A DNA stretch of 64,000 nucleotides, from UHGV virus genome UHGV-0203063. One strand, 5' to 3'. The notes below the pieces were generated by a model. The model had not been told where the DNA came from, made no database searches, and saw only the letters and a program-made list of their open reading frames with translations. The position numbers and the translations under genes are program-made. This DNA is from a virus. This document shows positions 28,320-39,527 of the stretch, piece after piece. Numbering within the stretch: the first letter of the stretch is position 1; every line of letters begins with the position of its first letter.

Positions 28320-28610
28320 TTAATTATTACTTCTCCTAGAATAATTTATAATTATAAAAGAGTTATTTATTTGATTTTTAACTTTATATAACAAAACCGT
28401 ATCGCCTTCACGGCAATCGATGTGATTTGGGTTAAGAATTCGGTTAATAACCGTATCGAGATCGGGTAAAATACACAAATTCACCGTCCCGTCATCATTA
28501 ACGGAGTCAACTATACATGGCACGGTGTTATCTTGTTTTTTTACTTCTTCTCGCACAATTTCACGAATCAAATCTATTAATTGTTCTGCATTCGTCGTCA
28601 TAATAATCAC
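28320..28610 (-). CDS. small tail-tip/baseplate-associated protein (putative)
   Basis: follows hub-like gene; short beta-rich V.SV..DGTV...GDTV. Confidence 0.55.
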   Translation of the reverse strand: MIIMTTNAEQLIDLIREIVREEVKKQDNTVPCIVDSVNDDGTVNLCILPDLDTVINRILNPNHIDCREGDTVLLYKVKNQINNSFIIINYSRRSNN

Positions 28611-29845
28611 CTACCTGTCGTTAAAAACATGAAGTTCTGTATGTTTGAAATGGTCAAACTCATCGCGCCACTATAATCCAACGCAAGCGAAATTCCTTGA
28701 ACTAAAAAGCGCACTTGGTTTAATCCGTAAAAATCATCAGTAATTGTGATAAGATTGTTAACGAGTAACAAAGGGTTATATCTAACCGTAACCGTTGATG
28801 ATGATTTTACAATAAGTTTTTGTCGTAATTCATAGTCCGCTCTCTCTTGCGCTAAAATTTGAGATGTGATGTTGCTATCACTTATTGGGCTGGCGGTTCT
28901 GTAACCAATACGCTGGTAACATAATGGAGAGCCTGGGTTATCATTAACTGCAACCGCACGATAGGTCTCGCCGTTATTGGTCGAACCGATGACGATAACA
29001 CGATTAATAACTCCGCTTAAATCAAACGACAAGTCTAAGCCTTCCATTCCGCCGAGTTCGTCATAAAAATGATATATAATCGTTTTGTCTTGATCATCGG
29101 TAACTGAATTTATTGGAATGACATTCAAATGCCCTTCAATATCGTAAAACACTTCGGCGTTAAGCTGCGTCGCCAAATCAAGAATTATCGAACCGACCGT
29201 ATCGCCCGTTTCTTTAGTTATCGTTGCTTGCGTTGTTTTGCCCTTGAACGCGCTGTGATAAATAATATCAAGCGGGTCAAGAGGTTCGCCGTTGCCCTTT
29301 GGAGTTTTTAATAAGTCGCGTATAACCTCATGTATTTCCGAACCGACTGGAATCGTATAAGAGGTATCAAGCAAACCGTCTGCGCCTTCAAGAATTGAAA
29401 ATTTATCACTCGCTTCCACCGACACATTGGTTTCCCCTTGTTTATGCGACGAAGTTATGTTCGTTATTGCGTAAGTGCCCTTCGGAAACCAAATAACCGC
29501 CCCGTCTATCTGAAGTCCTAATTCGAGATTGAGTTTTACGCCCGTCCACAAACCATTTATCGAGGGTGTGTATTTTTTGTGAAAATTATATAACGAAAAC
29601 GATAAACTTCTACGTTGCCCATTTTGATAATTTTCACTATACGATCCACCCGAGATAATATCGTCTTCAGGAATATCCTCTTTGACCGTTTCGTCGGCGT
29701 TGAGAATATGCAATCTGTAACGTGGGTTAATAACTGGCGAATTGTCGATTTCTTGCTTTATTCGCTCTATCGAATAATCTGCGGCATTATCGGCGGAGTA
29801 ATACGAGAGTATATCGCCGCTTGCCGTATTTTTAGTTTTATACAT
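28607..29845 (-). CDS. tail/baseplate hub-like protein (DUF5048-like)
   Basis: GQRRSLSFSL, WFPKG.Y, DKFS.L, NRVIVIG, A.YELR; position after TMP. Confidence 0.65.
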   Translation of the reverse strand: MYKTKNTASGDILSYYSADNAADYSIERIKQEIDNSPVINPRYRLHILNADETVKEDIPEDDIISGGSYSENYQNGQRRSLSFSLYNFHKKYTPSINGLWTGVKLNLELGLQIDGAVIWFPKGTYAITNITSSHKQGETNVSVEASDKFSILEGADGLLDTSYTIPVGSEIHEVIRDLLKTPKGNGEPLDPLDIIYHSAFKGKTTQATITKETGDTVGSIILDLATQLNAEVFYDIEGHLNVIPINSVTDDQDKTIIYHFYDELGGMEGLDLSFDLSGVINRVIVIGSTNNGETYRAVAVNDNPGSPLCYQRIGYRTASPISDSNITSQILAQERADYELRQKLIVKSSSTVTVRYNPLLLVNNLITITDDFYGLNQVRFLVQGISLALDYSGAMSLTISNIQNFMFLTTGR

Positions 29846-29859
29846 TTCACTCCGCCTCC

Positions 29860-30939
29860 TTATACGTTAATATCTACTATTTGGACGTCTTCAGTGTTAC
29901 CGATTTGCGTCCACGTAAAGCTGATTGTATTGGGTTGCCTATGAACCGCATCCATTGGTTTGTTAGTTGCGCTCGAAAGGGTAACGAGAAAAGATTGACC
30001 TTCACGGTCTTTGAGCAATTTCGGGTTCGAAGACATAACGACTTTGCGCCATGCCAAAAGCATATCTACGCGTTGATTAGAACTCGGCGTTTTATCGTTT
30101 TTGCGAATTTCTTGATAACCGCCTTCATTGACCGTTTTGCCATTTTTGAGAATATAGCTCGCGGGCAGAACTTCACTTCCGAGAAGACATGAAACTGAAC
30201 CCGTAACGTAATTCATCCGACCTTGCGAATAACGGTTGAACTGCCCGAGGGTCTGTTGCTCTTGTCGAGAAATATTCTGCGATTGTTCTCCTGTATCAAC
30301 ATTGAGATTAAATACCCATACATCGTCAGGTGTTGCCGTAAATTTCTTATTCGTGCTATCGACAGGGTGGAGCTCTGTAATACTCCAACCCTGCCAACTT
30401 GTAATAATCGGTTCAACTGTTGCCTTTTGCAATTTAGTTAAAACTTCATCGGTCATTTTGTCAAAAGGATAAAGCGTATAACGATAAGTGCGATTGTTAG
30501 AGACGTTGAAATCACGGAATTTAAAGTTAGTAATTTCTGTATCAACGGGCATAAGACGAGTAAGCGATTCATAAATCGGTTTACCATTTTCATCCGTCCC
30601 CGTTTGCGTGATTTCTTGCTTAAATACCGACGAAACGGAAGTGTCGTTGCTCGAGCGCATTGGTGAAAACCCCTGCTCAGCTTGGTACTCTCGCGTTGCG
30701 GTTTTCTCGCTTTTATAATTCAGGAGGCAAGCCGCTTTATCTTCTATGTCATTTGTCGAGTAGCCTAATTTCTTCGGAGGCATTGGGTTAGCGTCAAAAG
30801 CCGATAAAACCCCATCTGCTCTCGTTTCGTCCGAAACGTTTAGCACGTTTATGAAATTAACTTGTTGCCCGAGGTAATTCGTAAACGGGGCATTTTTTTT
30901 ATTGTATTCCGAAACATATATTTTCATTGATTTTCCCAT
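29860..30939 (-). CDS. putative distal tail protein
   Basis: Fn3-like Y.Y.LYP, then NY.TGSV, PKLLKD..G, TISF.W.QIG. Confidence 0.55.
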   Translation of the reverse strand: MGKSMKIYVSEYNKKNAPFTNYLGQQVNFINVLNVSDETRADGVLSAFDANPMPPKKLGYSTNDIEDKAACLLNYKSEKTATREYQAEQGFSPMRSSNDTSVSSVFKQEITQTGTDENGKPIYESLTRLMPVDTEITNFKFRDFNVSNNRTYRYTLYPFDKMTDEVLTKLQKATVEPIITSWQGWSITELHPVDSTNKKFTATPDDVWVFNLNVDTGEQSQNISRQEQQTLGQFNRYSQGRMNYVTGSVSCLLGSEVLPASYILKNGKTVNEGGYQEIRKNDKTPSSNQRVDMLLAWRKVVMSSNPKLLKDREGQSFLVTLSSATNKPMDAVHRQPNTISFTWTQIGNTEDVQIVDINV

Positions 30940-30940
30940 T

Positions 30941-33900
30941 TTAATTACCTCCTTGAATTTCTTCTATGAAAACTCTTGCAATAATATTTTGAGCCATAAC
31001 TTGCCCCGAATTTAAGTTCGGGTTGTTATAATCACGGAACAAAATGCTGAAAGTCATTTGATATTTACCAATATTTTTTCTACCCGTATGTTCTGTCGTA
31101 AGAGTTTGCCTATACAATTCGCCGCTATTATCATTTCTGTCATGCCAATAATAGTAGTTCCCACTCTCGTCTTTATCGTGCCAATAATTATATTTACCCG
31201 TATAGACGTTAATTGGATTCCCCGCCTCTGTTTCGCTTATCTTTGTTTGATTGATTAACAATAATTCTTTATCAGACCAAATGCTAAACGGAGAATCTGT
31301 TTTTTGCGTAGCTTGAGTGCTCGACAACGGTTGGGAAATTTTGCCCGCGCTATTCCAAGCACCTTCCTCATCAACGTTAACGTAATCAAGAATTTGTTGG
31401 TTTATAATTTTTACATCACCCGTGAGATCTGTAACATATGGATGAGTCGTCCTTAGATAATCGACATTATCGGTTAACGTAGCATTCCCGTTTACAAATG
31501 CCGAAGCTATTTGATTATCAGATTGTTGCCATCTGCCTTCTTTATTAACTTCGACCCAATTACCCTCGGTGTTTTTTTGATATACGGAAAGAGGAATGTT
31601 TGTAACTTCGGCATTCAAATTCCCAATTTTCTTTACCGCGCTCAAAATTATGCGATTACGATTTTCGTTTGCGACATACTCGCCATTATCATCCTGATAC
31701 CAAGGAGTGGGCGCCGTAAGGGTTAATTCGATATGCGCTTTCTGATAGTTCACATCATCAACATCGACGTTGTAAGTAATTATATTACCACAAAAATTCT
31801 CATTAAGAATATGTTCCGAATTAAATACGCAATCATCTGTCGTCGGAACTGATATGGAACCACGTTCGTTTGCGGTTTCGCCGAGTTTAGTTTGTGAATA
31901 TTCCATAAGAGCGACCTGATCGGATGGGAACTCTTTTCCTTCGTCGACATTCGTTAAAACCATGTGCTCATTTTCATAAGTGACGGTGTAAGGGAGTTGT
32001 TCGACTACGCCCGATTCGTCGGCAGCCGAATCACTGTTTACCATATAGTATCCTCGTCTCGTCTCTTCTTTATCGATATAAACTTTATAAGGCACGCGTT
32101 CTTGCCCGATTATTTGATTTCCGTTTTCATCAACTGGATAGACATAATAATAAAGCATCTCGATTCGCGAAGGATTCGGAATTACTATACCATCTCGAAC
32201 AAAATTGATAAGAACCGATTGGGTTTCGCACTCATAAGTTACATCGAACGGAAATTCGGTCGCGTTAATAATTACTTTTGTTATAAAGGTATTACCCTCA
32301 TCGGATGTTGTCCAAGTGACACCATACTCATCTTCGACCACCCATTGGATGAGATAATAATGTTCGTTTTCCAAACCATAAAACGTATATTGAGTTGATC
32401 CACGATATATTTTTTCAGATTGCTGAACATAGCCTGTTTTCAAATCGGTTAAAAACCACTGATAATTCACCCAGTTTCGATTTTTGAAAGTCCCGCTCAC
32501 GGTAATATAACGCTTTGTCCCGATTTTATGCCCGTTATCGGTTTGATAAACTCCGCCTTCACTTTCCCATTGTTTACTGTCGATTATAAGTTCAGGGCTC
32601 GGTTTCGCGTAAAACGGATTTTCGTCGCTCGTTTTGAAGAATGAGCGGATCGAGTATTTTTCGTCGACCGAAAAAATCTTACTACTATCGTACTTAATGT
32701 ACCAAGTCGGGTTGTATTTGTTTTCCGAATTAGGTTCGTTATCGATATTTTTTATCGTTACGTTATTTTCGAATTTATTACCATAGAAAAGCTTATCTCC
32801 CGTATGAATTCCAACAAATGGACGTATGTACGCCTTCCCCGCCACATTTTTGAAAACTTCGCCTCTATCTTCCATATAGGTGATATTTACGATTGCTTTT
32901 CCCGTATAGGTATCCGATGCTTTAACAACGTATTTATTTCCGCCAAGACTCATTGCGGTCAAAGTTACGCCTGTCGGTTGCGTTTCTACCTTCACCGACG
33001 AAATGATGCCGCCGTTAAAATCTTGCGGTTTTCCTATCTCGGAATTGGGGAGCTCGACCTTCGCGACTTTCAGAATCTTAGTCCCGTCTTCGTAAACGGG
33101 GTATAAGCCTATCGCGGTTTCGTCATAGAACATCAATTCGGTTTTGTTAATCGTACCGAGATTTTCTGCCGTCGCGCTCGTGCTGTAATTTGTGTTTTCG
33201 CTTTGAACGCAAATCAACCGATTGAGGAAATCGGCGTATTTGTTGAAGTTAGCGGGGCGCAACCATTTAATCGTGGTTTTGCCATCTTTAAACTCTGCCG
33301 ACTGGAAAGCAAAAACACCATTGTTCACATTATAAGTCGGTTTTGGTTCGGCATTTGTATCGCCTTGGTACATAAGCAAAATTGTGGTTCCTTGCGCAAG
33401 TGGTGAATCGTCCCCTACTCCATAAGACTGATAGGTAATATAAGGAGTCATATCTCCCTGATAAACTTGTTCGAAATATGGGTTAGCAACAATATTTACG
33501 TTGCCAATCAAATGGAATTCACCATTAGCGGCAAATATTGTTTCTACTGCCGTCCCATCTTTTTTTTTGAACGCAACCTTGTCTATATCGGTCGCCAACC
33601 TGTAATTGACCAACCGCGCCGTTGAAACGTATTGCGGGTCATTCGTGTCTTTGAAGATTTTGAAGTAACTCGCACTATCAACCAATTCTTGCGGAATCGT
33701 ATTTTCTTGCGGGTATATAAAACCATAAGAATGATCGTAACTCGAAATGCGCGTTCTCACGCCAAGTTGTTTATTGTTTGAATCATATAATTGAATGTAA
33801 TAATCTTTGTATATGTTTTCCGACAACCAACTTTGAATACGATTTCCAGTCGAGCCGAGAATTTTCGCTTCATCGATTACCATATCGTAATATTTTGCTT

Positions 33901-34363
33901 CAGGCTCTTGAACGAATTTTCCACTCGATGAATAGGTTTGTCTTTGTGCTAAAACAATCTGCCATTTATAGGGCTGATTTGCGTTATCGTTTGAAAACTC
34001 CGCAAGTTCTTCCTTGTTTTTGTTGTACCATTTTTTACTATCGTAATAAATCACGTTTTCATTGTCGTACCCCGAAACGCCTTTACCAACAACGACTATT
34101 AGCGGAAGGATCAATGTCGAACCATTGAGCCCAGTGTTTCGCTGAGTAAAAGCTCGTGTTTCGGTCTGAACTGTTACGGTTTCGGGAATTGGGGAGAACT
34201 CGCTCCCTTCGAAAATTGTGTTATTGTCATTATCGAGAATTTTTATTTTATAACCCGTAACGGCTTCGTTAGACGTATTAAGTTCACAGCTTATATATTG
34301 ATCTTTAGTCAAGTCCCAGCATGATAAAAACGGGACACAGTTACTTGGTTTATAAACCGCCAT
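30941..34363 (-). CDS. large virion structural (tail tip) protein
   Basis: 1140 aa, beta-rich, directly after tape measure gene. Confidence 0.65.
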   Translation of the reverse strand: MAVYKPSNCVPFLSCWDLTKDQYISCELNTSNEAVTGYKIKILDNDNNTIFEGSEFSPIPETVTVQTETRAFTQRNTGLNGSTLILPLIVVVGKGVSGYDNENVIYYDSKKWYNKNKEELAEFSNDNANQPYKWQIVLAQRQTYSSSGKFVQEPEAKYYDMVIDEAKILGSTGNRIQSWLSENIYKDYYIQLYDSNNKQLGVRTRISSYDHSYGFIYPQENTIPQELVDSASYFKIFKDTNDPQYVSTARLVNYRLATDIDKVAFKKKDGTAVETIFAANGEFHLIGNVNIVANPYFEQVYQGDMTPYITYQSYGVGDDSPLAQGTTILLMYQGDTNAEPKPTYNVNNGVFAFQSAEFKDGKTTIKWLRPANFNKYADFLNRLICVQSENTNYSTSATAENLGTINKTELMFYDETAIGLYPVYEDGTKILKVAKVELPNSEIGKPQDFNGGIISSVKVETQPTGVTLTAMSLGGNKYVVKASDTYTGKAIVNITYMEDRGEVFKNVAGKAYIRPFVGIHTGDKLFYGNKFENNVTIKNIDNEPNSENKYNPTWYIKYDSSKIFSVDEKYSIRSFFKTSDENPFYAKPSPELIIDSKQWESEGGVYQTDNGHKIGTKRYITVSGTFKNRNWVNYQWFLTDLKTGYVQQSEKIYRGSTQYTFYGLENEHYYLIQWVVEDEYGVTWTTSDEGNTFITKVIINATEFPFDVTYECETQSVLINFVRDGIVIPNPSRIEMLYYYVYPVDENGNQIIGQERVPYKVYIDKEETRRGYYMVNSDSAADESGVVEQLPYTVTYENEHMVLTNVDEGKEFPSDQVALMEYSQTKLGETANERGSISVPTTDDCVFNSEHILNENFCGNIITYNVDVDDVNYQKAHIELTLTAPTPWYQDDNGEYVANENRNRIILSAVKKIGNLNAEVTNIPLSVYQKNTEGNWVEVNKEGRWQQSDNQIASAFVNGNATLTDNVDYLRTTHPYVTDLTGDVKIINQQILDYVNVDEEGAWNSAGKISQPLSSTQATQKTDSPFSIWSDKELLLINQTKISETEAGNPINVYTGKYNYWHDKDESGNYYYWHDRNDNSGELYRQTLTTEHTGRKNIGKYQMTFSILFRDYNNPNLNSGQVMAQNIIARVFIEEIQGGN

Positions 34364-34391
34364 AATTTTTCCTCCTCTTTTTTTATTTTTA

Positions 34392-34518
34392 TTGAGTTAT
34401 GGCGGGCGGGAGGTCTTCTCAACCGCCACACCCAAACTAATGGAAATGCGTTTTTTTTGAAACGGAAACGCATTAAAAACCGCTTTTATTGTTAAATAAA
34501 ATGCTACTTTTATTTAAC
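34392..34518 (-). other. three consecutive hairpins between TMP and tail-tip gene
   Basis: GTTAAATAAAA/TTTTATTTAAC; AATGCGTTT/AAACGCATT; TTGGGTGTGGCGG/CCGCCATAACTCAA (G-U pairs favour minus strand). Confidence 0.55.
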
Positions 34519-34519
34519 G

Positions 34520-37500
34520 TTAATTATTGTGTCTTGTGAGCTTCGCCTTGGCACGCGCCTCGGAAAGCAACTTATCCATATCGTAATCCTTTGTCGGATA
34601 AACGTTCATGGTGAGATTGTCGATGTATTGACCCTCTTCATAAGTCGTGTTTCCAGCATTACCAGTGAGAGCTTTTTGGTTAAGCGAACTAAGCTGCGCG
34701 ACCAATGTCGGAGCGACTTCGCCGAGCGCCCAAACGTTTCGGGTTATGTCCGCAGGGACGATGCCCGTCTTCGAAGGAAGCGCGGTAAGCGTGCCGCCAG
34801 GGGTAATGACCGCTTCGGTCCCGAGTTCGTTGATAAGGGTTTGCCCGCCTTGGAAGGAGGTTGTGCCTATGGCGTTTTTCTTGGGCTCATACCCTCGAGC
34901 CTCGGTCACCCTCATCGTACCATCGCCAGCAATATCTAAAACTTTATCACCAATAACCCAAGTGCCCTCAATTTTTTTGTCGATTGAATATAACAATTCA
35001 GATAGTTCCTTTTTGGTGAGGCCAAGTGTTCGCTCTATATCCTTACTGTTCCAAAGGGCATACTTAAAGAACAATTCATCCGAAAATGAACTATCAACTT
35101 CATAAGTTACACTCCTTTTCGTATCTGAAGCCGCAAGGTAGCTACCCAATTGTTCATCAGTAGCACCATAACTGTTTATAGCTTTATTGCGAGCCTCGAC
35201 GTATTTATTGTGCAACCCTTCGTATTCATCTAATTTTGTTCTGTAGTCCTTAATGTCAGTCGCACTGTCTAACGCTTTATAAGCCTCTTCGACAGCCGCT
35301 CTTGCTTCAACTGCATCCTTAATCGCCTCTTGGGCCAAACTCTCTTTTGACTCCATAAGTCCAGCAATCGAATTCGCCGTTTTGATATTCCCTTCTTCGT
35401 CCAGAATCCAATTACCTTGCTCATCCTTCATTTGATAAGTGCCTTTCGCTGCGTTGTAATAAATTTTATTATTGCTAAACGCGGCAGCCAAAGCGGAAAC
35501 AATCTCGGCATTTCCAGCCAAGTTCTTCTCGGACCAAGTATCAAGACTTGTTTGCATCGCCGAAAGTTGTTTGTTCTCTTCGAGGTTACTCAAAATACTC
35601 TTTTGTAATTCGAGTTGATCGATTTGAACCTGCAAATCTTCTTGTTGTTTTTGAGTATTTAACGAAATCAAATTTTCTTGAGCCGTTTGAACCGCAGTTT
35701 CATCACTCTCGTAGACAAACCCGACACCTGCGCGATAAACTCTTACACGCTCTTTTTTGGCGTTTTCAAGCGCTTCTTGAGCCTTCATCAACTCGAGCTC
35801 TTTTTTGCGCTCTTCGTTGACCTGCGACAAAGCATCTTTTTGCTCGGTGAGATTTTCGATTTGCCTATCAAGAAGTTTCTGTTGAGCTTCAATTGCCTTC
35901 TGAAGTAATGGATCGGTCCATTCGATAACCTGTTCGAAGTCCATATAATCCGTCACGGCATCAACAATTGCCTGCCCTACGTCGCCACCCATTTGACGCG
36001 CCTTTTCGAGGATTGCATCCAGTGTACTTTGATCTCCGAGTAATTGGTCTACATCATAAGTAAGTCCACCTGCGACCAGCCCTCCGCTTTCTTTAAGTGT
36101 TTTTTTAAAGTCTTTGGCAAAGTCTTTGCTTGTCATTTCGGCATTTAGAAGTGAGTTAACGTACGCCTCTTTCTGCTCGTTAACGGTTTTATCAACCAAC
36201 ACGCCAGCCAAAACGTCGTTGCCTTGACGCAAGTATTTAAGCAGTTGTGGATAATTCGACAAAATCTTTTCGAAGTTTTCTGCCGTAATTTCGCCATTAT
36301 CTGCAATGTCGGTAAAGAACGTGCTGAATCCCGAATAATATGAACGAACGTCTGCGCCAGACATAAGACCAATCGATGTGGTCAAATCGGGGAAGACTTT
36401 CGCCATCGCCCGAGCTTGCTCGACCGTTAAATTCCACGCCGAAGCAAATTGTTCTATTCTTTCGGGGTCTGCCGCGTAAACAAGTTCTTTGAGTTTATCC
36501 ACGCTTACGTTCAACGCCGCCGCGACATTGTTAAATAACGTCGCATTTTCATCGTCGCCATAATGATCAAGAAGATATCTTAACTTCTCGTAATCTATTC
36601 CTTGTGCCGCAAGCCCGACGAATTGCAGCCTTTCCGCCAAATTCGAATAAGCGTTCGCTAATTCACCTATAGTTTGAGTGTCGCCTTTCGTCAAAACTGC
36701 CATCTCGGAGTTGGACAAAATCGCCGACTTAATCATCGGGAGATATTCATCTTTAATCGCGCCCGCTGCGTCATAAACCGCATAACCTTGATCTCGCATG
36801 GCTTCTGCGACTTTTCCTATAGCACCTTCGATGGTTAAACCTGATAATTGGTCAGTGGTCAAGGAAGACAAATTAGAAGCGAGATAACCCACTTCTATTT
36901 GTTTTTCCATAACTTCTCGGTCCATAGAGGCGAGTTTTGCAATATTTTTCTGAACTTTGTTAATATACTCGTCGAGTTTATTAACGCCTTGTTGAAGATA
37001 TTCTTTAGCCCTTTTATTGTCAACGGTTTCTGCCGACTGCTTTATTTCTTCTCGCTTACTTTTAGCCTTCTCGAGTCTTTCCTCTAAGGAGCCTGAAAAG
37101 CGATAATTGGTGAGTTGAGACTCCACCATATCTTGAATAGCCGAGGCTGTCAACCCACCTGCAATACCACCAGTTATTGCACCTGCAACACCACCAATAA
37201 TAGCACCTACGGGACCACCTGCAGAACCTGCGGTCGCACCAATAGCGGTGCCACCAGCAATACCAGTACCTATAAGACTAGCATATAGCCACGCTTTATC
37301 TCGCGTAGACATTTCCAGTTTAACGACATCGGTACTAAGAATATCATGACGATCTTTTTCTTGAGATTTTCTGGTTTGTTCAAGTTCTGCTTTTGCTGTT
37401 GCTAATTTTAGAGCTTTGACGGTTTCTTTACGTTCTTCCACTGAACCACTAAGCATTTTTCCTTGCAGCTTGGTCATAGAATCTACATACGTGGTGCCTT

Positions 37501-39527
37501 CAGGTAAGCCAAGAGATTCCGCCAAAACATCGCTCATTTCTTTGAAATTTTTACCGTCATATTCCGCAAATTGATTAGTTAATTGATCTATATACGATTG
37601 AATTTGTTCATAGCCCTTAGAATCTAATGTTCCACTTTCCACAACACCTTCGATTTGACTCGTTGAAGATGCAATTTGTTCAAGGAATTTAAGGCTTTCT
37701 TTGGCGTCCTCAACACGTTGTTTCATTTGCAACTCGCCAAGATGTTCGTTTGTTGCCCTGGCGTTTGCTATAGCGGCACCCAACTGTTGCCCAAGTGCTG
37801 CGCCAGTAGAGCCACCTAAAAATCCCCCTACCGCTGCTAACTGAGAGGTATAAAACAAACGCCTAGTTTTATCTGGTCTCGTTTCCTCAACTGTTTGATT
37901 CGTATCATTTCCCGCCCATTCTGTAAAAGTTTTATTTAACCAGTCGTTTTTAGAACCAACTTCACGCTGCGTGGAGAGTTCGGTGATTACCGCAGACAAC
38001 TCTCCCATGGAAGCTGCTGAAACACGACTTAAAATATTATTTGCAATCGCCGCTTTTTGAGTTTGTCCAACTTGAGATAAGATATTTTGATCTGTAACCT
38101 GATTTGTCGTAATCTTACCATTTGCGTCGGTATAATACCAATTAGACCCTTTTCTCATTATGTTTTGAGTGGTCCCATCGGCATTGGTTAATTGCATAAC
38201 TTTCGGGTTGCCAAAACTAAGGAATCTGTTACGCTGGCGATAACCCGTTACCGTTGACTCAATGGTGGGCTGAGAATCACCACTCGCGCTTCCACTAAGA
38301 GGTTTTCCATCAGCACCTACTAACTTAGATGGGGCGGTTCCATTTGGCGTTTTTCCCGTCCCAATATTTTCAACAACACGTTTTAAGTCGTTTACGGCCT
38401 GCGTAGTTTTATCAATCGCGGCGACTTGATTATTACTGTTGGTTTTATTCCCACCAAATATTTTGTTTAATAACCTAGACGATAACCCCACTTTATTTCC
38501 AGTCATAACATTTCCGAATTCATCGGTTTCTATGCCGTTTTCGCCAAACTTAACCGAATGGAACTTCCCTTTTTCGACAACACTGCCGAAGAACCCTTTC
38601 ATATAACCAATACCTTGTGTTACACTGTTACCCAAGAAACCCATTATCTTCTTAGATTGAAGAGTTGTAAGGAATGTCAATATGTAAGGCCCATATTTAT
38701 TAACAAAATTAACAGCCCATGTTGCTATATCGGTTAACCCTTTAATAATTCCGCTTCCCTTAACCGACTGCGTAAATCCTTCCCAAGCATTTTGGAGTTT
38801 TTTCGTAGAAGCCTCGATAGAATCCAAATACGCCGAGTATTTTTCATCAGCCGTTCCTGCGGCATTTGCCGATTCTTCGGTGAGTTCTTTTACTCGATTC
38901 CAGTTTTCCATAAGTACGAGGAAGTTTTCTCTCATTCTCGTACCGCCGAAAGCAGTTGCAATAGCGTTTTTCGTTACCGTATCAAACGTCGACCACTTCG
39001 AATTAACATCATCAAGAACGTCGGTTATACTACGCATTTCCTTCGCAGAAGAACGAATTTTTATACCGAGCTTCGAAAGAACCTTTTCGATGTCGTTGAT
39101 GTTCTCGGTTGTTTCGCCGTTATCATTAAGCCCCATTTGGGTAAATACACCCGCTTTTACGTTGCCATAACGAGCGAGAATTGACTTCATCGCGTGACCG
39201 ACCGTATCCATCGATTGTTGGGTTACTTCACCGACAACCGAAACGGAACCGATAAGTTCATCCATCGACATCCCTGCGAGTTTTGCAGAAGTTGCCGATT
39301 TTTGGAGCGCTGTCGCGATTCCACCAGCGGAAACTGCGGCGAGTTGGTCAACTTTTGTTAATTTATCGACAACGTTAATTGCGTCCTCAGCTGCAAGATT
39401 GAAAGCTTTTAATGCACTCGTTAAAGCGGTTGTCGCTTCGGAAGCCGAAATCATACCAAGTTTACTAAGTTTAGTCGAAGCTGAAACTAATGCTTCCAAT
39501 TGATCTTCCGCTTCGTAACCTTGTCTG
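34520..39527 (-). CDS. tape measure protein, exon 2
   Basis: RQGYEAEDQLEALVSASTKLS; TP901-type core (VVDKLTKVD, KSILARY, AFGGTRMRENF); Gly-rich hydrophobic segments; C-terminal GT......INELG.E.V motif. Confidence 0.9.
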
